Assembly (NCBI GenBank): GCA_951406725.2
Contig: OX597816.1
Span: 157,852,001-157,916,000, forward strand
Direction: 5' to 3'
DNA length: 64,000 nt
Source of the DNA: Octopus vulgaris
Lineage: Eukaryota
Below are positions 27,488 through 38,050 of the stretch, in pieces. Within the stretch, counting starts at the first letter, position 1. Each line of letters starts with the position of its first letter. The translations under genes were made by a program, and so were the position numbers. Below the pieces are notes generated by a model, which saw only the letters and a list, made by a program, of their open reading frames with translations, searched no databases and had not been told where the DNA came from.

Positions 27488-28352
27488 AGTATATATACAT
27501 ATATACACACACATAAATATATATATCCACACATTCATGAGGATACATGAACACACATGCACATATATACATAGATATAAATATAAATATATATATATAT
27601 CTGTATATATATATATACATATGCACACACACAAATATATACATGTATTTGTACATATATATTAAATACGTACTATGTATAAAAATATGCATACATATAC
27701 TATTATATATGCCATACATGTATATGCATCATACATTTGCATATAGACATATACTCAGACACAAACACACGCACGTTCCACATCATCAGATTTATATCTT
27801 GGTGAGCAGATCTTCCATACCATGGGATTTGTATTCTGGCTGTTGTTTGTGCGTTAATTATAGCAGGCTACAATTAACTAGCAAACTACACGTCACAAAC
27901 AAGATGAGCAGGTCAGTGATGTTGTCTAGCTCACGTGACCAAAATACATATCTGATGATCTGGTTCTCTAATGGCCATGATATAAATCTGATAATGCGAA
28001 ACACTTTATTGGTCATTTTGTGAATGTAAAATCTACATAAAGTTATATATATATATATATATCTCAAAAGGATGTGTTATAATACTATTCCACATATGTA
28101 TATAAATATCAATATTGTGTGTGTGTGGAGATATATGTATATGTCAATGCAGTTATATATGTATGTATGTATGTATATATATAAATGCATTTATGAGGGT
28201 GCGTGTATTATATACATATATATACACACACAAATTTACATATACATACATATATATGGCTCTGTATACATGTTTGTGCGTGTGTGTGTGTGTGTAAATG
28301 TATAGAAATATACACATAAATACATATTTTATATATATATATATACACATAC

Positions 28353-28394
<42 letters not shown>

Positions 28395-28460
28395 CATATA
28401 TATGTCTATAAATATAGATTCATACATAAGGTGTGCACACACACACACACACACGCATTA
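27300..28460. repeat. Long compound (TA/CA/TG)n microsatellite field upstream of SH2 exon B; similar fields at 20.9-21.5 kb and 52.9-54.0 kb
   Basis: Seen directly; accounts for the Y/I/H/T/C/V-rich ORFs. Confidence 0.95.
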
Positions 28461-29039
28461 ACATGATTGATTCCCATCATGCACTTGAATTCCTTTGGAG
28501 TTTCCTTAACTCTCAATGGTCTCTACATTGAGAATCTACAGGATTTTCTAAAAGCTAAAAACCCTAATACCCAGACATTGGTTTGTGAATACCCTCTTTA
28601 GCTACTGCACAAGGAAGTTAAGCAAGTTTCCATGAAATATAGACACTGTGAGTGACATGTAGAGTTTAGATTGGGCTATCCCTTGAAAGCATGATGTTGG
28701 GAACAGATCATTTCATGTCTTTCTTCTAAAATTCCATTCTACTGATTCAAACAATAACTATTGAAATCGTAGCAGTCCTATGCCATTACATAAATGAAGC
28801 ACATTCTTCATTTTACATATGTCATCTTCACAAGAGACCATAACTACATATGCCATTCATAATCAAATCATTGTTGTTGTTGTTGTTTGGCAGCATGTCA
28901 GCTCTGATCAAGTATTACTGTGATCAAAAGCATTCCAACCATGACCAATCTCCTTTACCATGTTTAGTTTATTCTGGACAACAGTATCTAACGCCCTCTA
29001 TTGAGAAGGTAGGGAGTGATTTTAATAATAATGATAATA

Positions 29040-29521
29040 ATAATAATCCTTTCTGCTATAGGTACAAGGCCAGAAATTATTGAGGAAACAGAATTTTTGA
29101 GGAAACGGAAGTCAATATTATCAACCCTGAAAGGATGAAAGGCAAATTTGACCTCAGTGGCATTTGAACTCAAAATGTAAAGATCCGGAAGGAATGCCAA
29201 TGAACATTTCGTCTGAAGCGCTGATTATTCTGCCAGCTTGTTGCCTTATAAATAAATAAAATAAATTAATTAAATAATAATAATAATCCTTTCTACTGGA
29301 AGTACAAAAGGCCCCAAATTTTGAGGAAGGGATTAAGTTGATTACATTGACCCCAGTGCGTAACTGGTACTTATTTAATTGACCCTGAAAGGATGAAAGG
29401 CAAAGTTGAGCCCGGTGGAATTTGAACTTAGAACGTAGCGATGGGCGAAATACTACTAAGCATTTTGTCCAGCGTGCTAACAATTCTGCTAGCTCACCGC
29501 TTTCAATAATAATAATAATAA

Positions 29522-29577
<56 letters not shown>

Positions 29578-30327
29578 TAATAATAATTATAATCCTTCCT
29601 ACTGTTGGTACAAGGACTGAAATTTTTGGGGAGGGGATAATAACTATTATAATAATAATAGTCATCATTTAATGTCTGTTGTCCATGCAATTACAGCAAT
29701 GGCATCAAATTTTTGCATTAGTCTAGCAATTTTAGGAGGAGGGGAAAGTTGATGACATCAACCAGAGTGTCCAAATGGGAGTCATTTTATCAACCCCGAT
29801 AGGATGAAAATCGATCTCGGCAGTATTTGAACTCAGAACACAGAGTGAGAAGAAAGGTTGCTAAACATTTTGTCCAGTATGTTAATGAGTCTGCCAGATT
29901 GCTGCCTCAATAATAATAATAATAATAATAATAATTATTATTATTACAGCTGCAGAAAACAGTGTTATCAGGGACGGCTAGGATACTTAAGAAGGTTCTT
30001 GGCATCCAAGGCTACTTGTTGTAACCCGATGTTAGGATTCTTTTCTTTTCCAACAGTCTAATCTGTTGAGTGTATATGAATAATAATAATAATAATAATA
30101 ATAATGATAGTTTTGTCTAATAACAAATGCAGGATATTTCCGTTCATATTTTGAATTGCTGTATTCCTGTGTTCTTTTCATTTTTCACTTTGAAACCAAG
30201 GAATACAGACATACTGTCGAAGTACTGTTCAATTCAATATACGGAGTCCAATATCTATTACAAATTGTATCATGCTCTTCTTATTGATTATTTATCTTTG
30301 TGAATGGTTACATCAATCTTCATAAAT

Positions 30328-30369
<42 letters not shown>

Positions 30370-30607
30370 TCATAATAAAAATGATAATAATCCTTCCTAC
30401 TATAGGCACAAGGCCCGAAATTTTTGGGGGAGGGGTTAAGTCGATTATATCAACTCCAATACGCCACTGGTATTTAATTTATTGACACTAAAAGGACAAA
30501 AGGCAAAGTCGACCTTGGCAGAATTTGAACTCAGAATGTAAAGACAGACAAAATGCCGCTAAGCATTTTGCCTGGTGTGGTAATGATTCTGCCAACTCAC
30601 TGCCTTG
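29040..30607 (-). mobile_element. Cluster of same-orientation SINE copies (gcctttcatcc core family) separated by (AAT)n
   Basis: Repeated gaaaggatgaaaggcaaag..gac....g..gaatttgaactcagaa at ~29130, 29390, 29800 and 30500, each bounded by aat repeats. Confidence 0.8.
29947..30105 (+). mobile_element. 3' terminal fragment of an R4/Dong-like non-LTR retrotransposon in an (AAT)n tract
   Basis: Encodes QLQKTVLSGTARILKKVLGI, resembling the R4/Dong C-terminal LQK..L.GTARILR.VL motif. A short UTR and an (AAT)n tail follow; AAT/ATT repeats flank both sides. Confidence 0.7.
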
Positions 30608-30999
30608 ATATATGATAATAATAAAGAGAAACCTACATCTATTTTTGAGATATGAACCCATGAAGTTTTAACACAATTATGTATTGTAAAATTTGCAGTT
30701 TAGTATTTTAAATAAAATAAAATAAAAACCACGAGAAAGTAAAGATTTATAAATAGATTTACTATTTACCGGCTATAATTTCAATCCCCTCATAATATTC
30801 TTATTTATGAAGTTTGGAAATTTACAATTTTTAACCTAAAATCTACTCTACACAAAACAATGCCTTGCATATTTATTGCTGATACATTCCAAGAGATTCA
30901 AATGGGAATAACATGCTAATTGCTGTTGTGTTTTGTCACAAGAGAACAACTTCTCTTTTACAAAGAATGTGTTTGTAACTTATCACATAAGGTACTGCC

Positions 31000-31330
31000 A
31001 ATCTTTAATCATATCAGGTATTGCCTACCTGTTAACATATGGTGCTGCCTGCCTATTATATAGGCTGCTGTCTAACTATTATCAACTATATCTAACTTAT
31101 ATTTTGTGCAACCTACTGGTTATAATATAGGGTGATGCCTATCATGTGGTAAGCTAACTGCTATCATATAAAGTGCTTCCTAGGTGCTACGCTATACTAA
31201 ACTGCCTAACTGTTATCACAGAGAATACTGACTATCATTACCATGTAGGATGTTGCTTATGCATCATGTAGGATAGCACTTAACTGTTGACATACAGGAT
31301 GCTGCGTAACACAATAGCAGCCTGTGTGCA
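31000..31330. repeat. Degenerate minisatellite with a ~20-25-bp unit (..tatag/gg.tg.tgcctaactgtta..)
   Basis: Recurrent ggtgctgcct / ggtgatgcct / aggatgttgctt / aggatgctgcgt, each followed by aact.ttatc-like text. Confidence 0.5.
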
Positions 31331-34157
31331 TATTACAAGAATCTAACTACATCCATGCAAATCTGAAAAATGGCAAGGGCGAAAATTAAGTAGGCATTTC
31401 AATTCAGCGATAAGTAAACATCTGCATGCCTGAAAAATAAATGAATCCCAAGAATATTAGATAAGTTAGGGTTTGAGGCAAAGGGTTGTTGCTTGTGGTG
31501 GCAGCGACAGCAGTGGTGGTAGTGGTGGTGGTGGCGGTAAAAATAAACAGTTAGAATCCAGGCTGCATCTGTGAGAGTCCAAAGCAGAAAAAAAAAAAGA
31601 AAAAAAAAAGAAAAATGAAAAACAAAACAAGAAAAAATTAAATGCAAAAAAAAAAATAATAATAATTGCGTACAAATGGTCATCTCTGTTGCTGTTATTA
31701 TTATAATAATCATTATTATTATTACTACTTATATTAATGTATCTAATAAGAGAAGTCATTCAGAAAAGTGATTGCTGTTATTTACTAAACTAATTATTTA
31801 TCTAGCAAATGTGATGATGATCAAAAGAACTCTATAGTTCTAATACTAATATTCACTAATTAGTAAAAACTAAATGAAAACCTTCAGTCACCATTCATGA
31901 CACTCTCTTTCTGATAGTAATCTAGTCACTGTACAAAACGATTTAACTGTAGATGCATATTGTTAGGAAACGGGCCCCTATCACAACTATATGAACAGGA
32001 GTGGCATCGGTGCCACTTAAATCAACACTAAAGAACAGAACAGAAAGGAAATCTTTCAAAGAGAATCTATTCCTAAGTATTCTTGAATAAGTTGGTTATC
32101 GAGTTAAACTCTCAGAAATTCCAAATGCTCAAAATCTAAGCACATTGAATGTGTGTTGCATGTACATGTATTTTCTCAAAGACAAGATCATATTTACATA
32201 TGCTTATTCGTGTGTGTGTATGTCTGTGTGTATATATATATGCATGTATGTATGTGCAAAAATCTGCCAATTTTTTTTTTTTTTTAATATACACTACACT
32301 TTGAAAGACAGCTGTCATAAACAAGACTGGATATAAAGATAAAACACAAGAGACAAACTAATGAACAAAATAAAATACAACAATAACAACAACAAAAAAA
32401 TAAAACAACAATTTGACTGACATTCCAGAGAGATGACAAGATAAACCAATTAATGACTGACGGATCCAGACTGACAATAACGGACAACCAATATATAGAG
32501 ATAAGGTAAAAAAGAAAGGAAACCAATGGATTTGGTTGTAATTTCTTCAATGAAAATATACAGTTTAATTTTTCAAAAATTAAATCATTTCACAAAGCCA
32601 GAAAAAGTATAAATCCAGCTATGAGTCAATTGCTCCAAAAATGAGTTCACATCAAATTAATAATTATTTAGATTTTTTTCTTTTTTTTTTTCCTTTTGCT
32701 TTTTTTTTTTTTTGGAGTAAATCCAATTATTCAAGTTGATTACAAACATTACGGTATTTCATTTTTATTTTTCTTTCAATGGCAATGAGGAGTATGGGAT
32801 AGAGAAAGGAGGGAGGCAAGATAACAATCTAGGGAACAAAGAAGGCTGGTTGTTCTGTTCTGAGGAATTATTAAAAGAATCTCTATGAACCTGTAAGATA
32901 TAGAACATCTATATATATACGTATGTATGTATATATGCACATCTATAAAATGGAGTCAACAAAAAAAAAAAAATTGTATGGAATACAATAGAACAGTGTG
33001 TGTGTGCACTTGTATGTGTGGCTGTGTATATGTATGTGTGTGTGTGCATGCGCATGTAACTACATATACCTACAGACTATAAAGTAAATACTTTACTATA
33101 TAATGCAATAACAGTGTTAACAGATACAGTATAAACTAAACATGACCTATCAGAACTTTAAAAAAAAAACCTGAAACAGCAAAAATAACTTATAAAACTA
33201 AATAGCATTGAGTTTTAAGAATTGCAGAAGTTGGTTCTTTTATTGCAAAGTAACAACTGGGATGCTTAATCTATGTTATTTATGGAATAGATGATACAGA
33301 AGTGTAAGAAGACCAAACCAAGAGAAGAGCAGTGGCTCTGTTAGATGAGAAAACATTTCCAAACTACTTGAAATTGCTTTAGAGCTAAAAATGAAGGATT
33401 ATTCTAATGAGCAGGAAATTCAGGAAGCTCTTCAACTATATAATTAAATTCTAAATCACACTTAAACAGAAGTACATAATAAGGGTTCATGCCTTCAGTA
33501 TAAAGCATCAATAATGAAAAAAAAAATAATGACATAAATAAATAAATAGGAATCGGACAAATGAAGAAGCTTGCTTAAGATATTCAATGCAAGAAAAAAA
33601 AAAATGAATTTTCGTTTAATAAGCTCGAGAATTAATTTCTAATTATTTAACACTCGATTATCCCAGAAATTTAATCACTGACAAAATTAGTTTCTAATTA
33701 AACTGCAAAGCTTCTAATTCAATAAACCCAATGCCGACAGAGTTATAACTGATGTATTTGAGAAAGTGATGAGTAAATATATGAGATTGGATGCTTAGAG
33801 AGAAAAAATAAAAACATTTTTTTTAAAAAAAACAGAACCCGCTGTAGTTTATACATTGTTGTGAATATTTGGATATGTATGTGTGGTTGGATGTTTTATG
33901 AGCTATCTCATGATTTAGTGACACATCTAGTCATAAAATATAAGTAGAGCAAAGATGCAAGTTATGCAATTATCTTCAGTTTGTTGTTTAATCACAAACT
34001 AGTAATAGCTGCAAAATATTTTCACTATCTGGCAGACATGCACAAATGTTTAATAAATCAAAAAAACAAAGAAAACTGTGTTGAGAACAGAGGCGGCTCT
34101 GATGGAAAGAATGGAGGTGCCTCCAATGAATGGAAGTATCTCCAAAGAAAAGTATAC

Positions 34158-34383
34158 CTCAACTAACTCCAGTAGAGTATCGAACTGAAGATCACCACCA
34201 TCGACTTCAACCTTATTGTTAGTCTGTAGCACACGATAGTGCTCCACTACATCCCCAGGGATGACTAGCGACAAGGTGTAATCCCCAGGGTAATGGCCAT
34301 TCTCTCGTACAAGGAACGACCCTATCATGTGTCCAGCCAGAAGAGATTCTGCTTCTTCTCGGCTAACTTTTCCATGATACCAT
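34158..34383 (-). CDS. CSK: Csk SH2 exon A, the divergent copy (226 nt, phase 2 to 0); candidate mutually exclusive exon
   Basis: ttgcag|A TGG TAT CAT GGA ... GTT GAG|gtatac encodes WYHGKVSREEAESLLAGHMIGSFLVRENGHYPGDYTLSLVIPGDVVEHYRVLQTNNKVEVDGGDLQFDTLLELVE. No stops; the SH2 motifs WxHG, FLVRE, YPGDYTL and VEHY are intact; splice sites are canonical. Confidence 0.88.
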
Positions 34384-37300
34384 CTGCAACAAATACCACA
34401 GGCTGCTAAAGGAAACAGTTGCATAAAAGAACATAGAAAACATCCACAAAAGAAAAAAAAAGAAAAGAAAAGATACACAGTTAAATTAAATCATATATTA
34501 ATATCAAAAGCTTTTAATTAGTTAAAAAGAACCACTCCAAAATCATAACTGTATAAAAGACCTTCAGTGTCCTGGAAAATTTCCAGGCAATTGACATACA
34601 TTTATACATAAACACATTTGTTTTTGTTGGTTTAGCATCAGATTTTTTTTTTACCAATCTGCAATATAGGTTCTTTGTGTTCTTGTTGGTGGATCAACTT
34701 AGCTGGGTTTTCTTTAGCATCTCTCTCTCTCTCTCACCTTTTCAATGACTGTAATGCCACTCAACTCCACTAATTAAACCACTCATTCACGTTGTATGTC
34801 CATAATAATGCAGCCATTTTTCTTTCAGGCATTAACCAAAGATTTCTCAAGTTCACCTTCACTAAACCTGTCCTTCAACTTGATCATAGAACATACTTTC
34901 ATGGCTATACACCCACCATATATCAGGTTCATGCTTCACAAAATGAGTGTTTCATATAGAACCAATTTAACTTCAACAGACATAACAGTTCAATAAATTT
35001 TTACTCACTTTGTACCTAAAACAAAACCACTTGATGTTCATTAAACTGTTCAAGTAAAAAACATTTATCTATAGCCTTCTGCAAGCTCTGCTCCAAGTAG
35101 TCCCTTACAGCATACACTTAGGACAACAGGGAGCCTCTACATGGTCACACGACCTGCTAGAAATAGCAGCTATATATATCAAAACAAACCCAACTGTCTT
35201 AGAAAAGAACACAATGTGGTCCTGGGTTTCTTTGCATGAAGGAAGCTGGGATAGTTGTGGCAGAAATCCCTTTGATCACAGGTCTGTTCAATGAAAGCTG
35301 ACCTGGAGATTAATAAACAACCGCAGTAATTGCAATAACTGATGAGATCTACTAATTGCACCTAATTACTCAGCTGACAACTTTAGAACTACTTATATGT
35401 CATAGATCTGGTCATACTGGACTGACTAGGAAGAGGGGGGAAATTTACAATTAGAATTTCACAGAACCTTTGTGGTTATGAGTGGGTTTTTTTTTTACAT
35501 TAATTATTGTCAAAACAAGACAGAGACAATCAACCAACAATTTGGTTGAATAATTTCAATCAATTTTGATTGGCTAATTAGCAGAGTCATCAGAGCATTA
35601 GATAGAATGCTTTGTGATATTAATTTTTTCTGATTCTCTGTGCTTTGAGTTCAAGTTCTCCAAGGTCAGTTTTGCTTTTCATTCATTCAGGAATAATAAA
35701 AAGAAAGTAGTACCCATCCAAGGGTACTGTAAAGACGTCTGGTTCTTGTGTTCTGAGTTGAAATGCTGTCATGGCTTACTTTGGATATTTCTTACAAGGG
35801 AGAAATGACCCTACAGAGCCCAACCCCTAACATGTTGATCCACCTGCTTCTTGAGTTTGATGGAAGACTATTAGAGGTACATTTAAGCCCTATTGAAAAT
35901 ATTTTACATTGGAAATTCTGCACATTTCTTCCACAACACATAAAATACAAACATACACAAACATCAAATAAATAGTATCATACAATTGACAACATTATTC
36001 AGAAATATTAGAAATTAAAAATAAGTGATTTATTACAGTTTACCTTTATTACTGGAATGGAACTCCAAAAGAAAATAAATAAATAAAATAAAAGGTAAAG
36101 AGAATTTTAAAAAACAACATTTCAATTCTTAAATGTTGAAAATGTGATGAGTAAGGAAGACACTTCACAGAAAAAAAAAAGCCAAAATAAACAAAGAAAC
36201 AAAACAAAAAACAAACAAACACATGAGCCAGAGCATTTGTGTTGCTATGATCTCAGTTTCTACTATGGCTATTGCATGGTAGATGCAGGTAATCCTTTGC
36301 TTAAACACCACCACCTGACCCATAACTACCTTTAGCAATGTATGAGGTCATTTTGTAAGAAATTTCAACCAGATGTCTACTCTGAGGATAACTTCCTTCC
36401 TCTCACTTATCCCAGAGATCCTAAGCAATAATATATACACTCAACCCCGTTTAAAAGCCTCTAAAGGATTTATACAACCTAGTGATTAGTAGTTTTGTGG
36501 TGCATGGAAAGGAGATAAATCTGTGATGGCCAGTATTTTCATAAGCTAACATTACCAGTTGCTCTGGTACTTCTTATACCCATGGCTGGTTCATATACGA
36601 TATTGTTCTGATCTGAAGCATCAGCAACAAAACGCCAGCAATAGATTTGAACTCCCAATTCATGAAAAAGTAGTCCACTATTTTATTAATTCAACCAACT
36701 TTACCTATTTTAAAATAATATAAAGAGAGCCCCTTGGGAGATCATTCAAGCAGTTAGAAACAGTAGACTAATCTCTAACCAATCACACAGTGTACTAGAA
36801 AAGAAAAGCAGGTCACAACTGGAACTTTTGGCTGAGCTGATCTGGTACTAACATTAACAAAACAGCTGTCAATCTCACCTCAGTATTCATAGGTTGTTAC
36901 TAAATAATATAATAGTATCCAGTAGTTAAACAACTGACTGTTCTTCCTGCTTCAATAAATCTTCTTAAAAGTTGAATAATATAATTTACTTGAAGCAAAG
37001 TGGAATACAACTAAATCTAATTAAGAAAACCACAACGATACACTGTTGGAAGTAAATGAATAACAACAGAAGTTTACACAGTTTTGCCAGTTTTGCCTAG
37101 TGCAAAATATTTCAATTTACAGTGGAAGGTAAATGTAACTTAAAAGCAATTTGCTTTTCTTTTGTGTTTTTTTTTTAACTAGTACCTTAACTGTACAGCA
37201 TTAATAGGGTTGTAGAATGCAGGAGCTTATCTTCATTTCGTCAGGCACTTCCTTTCTATGGAAAGCTGTAAGTCTAATGCAGATCTATCCCTTGCTAAGA

Positions 37301-37949
37301 ATGGTGATCAGCACAAACAGAAGACAAAAATGTTTGTCAGTTATGCAGTGCTTTCCGGCATATAACAGTGTGTTTCACCTTCTCATAGTACTTAATCTTA
37401 CAACTAATAGGTAAGCTACAAAAAGTTAACTGCTTTTTGTCAAAAGTAAAACACTGTAAAGAGTGAGATGATACAGGGCAGACTACCCAGCCATTAGGTT
37501 GGCATATCATGGACTCTGTGACAATCTGTGGGTCTTTAATGGAGAAAGGGTTACAGTACATATATCATCAGAATGAAAACAATTATTATTATCATTATTG
37601 TATTATCATTATTATTATTATTATTATTAAAGCAGTGAAGTGATAGAAATGGTAGAAGGCCAGACCAAATGTCTAGCATTATCTTAATTTTCTCTTTAAG
37701 TTTTAACTGAGGTCAAATCTACCTTCTATCATTCCAAAGTTGGTAACATACTAGTCGTGTTTTGGAGATGACTAAATCCTCTAAAATTCAATAATAATAA
37801 AGAATAATATGATAATGATAATATTTTGATTTTTGCAACAATAATGAGTACAACAACAACAACAATAATAATAATAATATAATTGTTAACAACCAACAAA
37901 AAGGCAGATAAAACATGGAATAACAAGATAAATAAAGTAGATTACTCAC

Positions 37950-38050
37950 GGCATAGTCTGTAAGGAGACTTCTTGTCTCTTTTGAACATAATTTGCTGGG
38001 ATCATTCCTTCTCTGCCATATGAATTTTTAGCTTGGTACCAATTAGGGTC
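37950..38050 (-). CDS. CSK: Csk exon: C-terminal half of the SH3 domain plus SH3-SH2 connector (101 nt, phase 0 to 2)
   Basis: Minus strand reads ttttgtttattttag|GAC CCT AAT TGG ... ACT ATG CC|gtgagt, translating [33 protein letters not shown](P). This matches Csk [26 protein letters not shown]...LMP. Not in the ORF track. Confidence 0.96.

Noticed and set aside
27286-28350. Many 60-160 aa ORFs rich in Y/I/H/T/C/V (also at 14.1-14.5, 20.7-22.3, 47.3-47.8 and 52.7-54.2 kb)
   Set aside because: Translations of dinucleotide and trinucleotide microsatellites.
26732-34383. Tandem-SH2 protein (SH3-SH2-SH2-kinase, Syk/Shark-like) as an alternative reading
   Set aside because: Exon A ends in phase 0 and exon B starts in phase 2. 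Joining them gives a stop after 11 codons, and no intervening exon for the SH2 C-terminal helix or linker was found.
37183-37410. Plus-strand exon-like segment with a good acceptor and a gtaagc donor (antisense to Csk), also checked as a possible third SH2 exon on the minus strand
   Set aside because: All three plus frames have early stops, the internal ORF resembles nothing I recognise, and the minus strand has no SH2 motifs.
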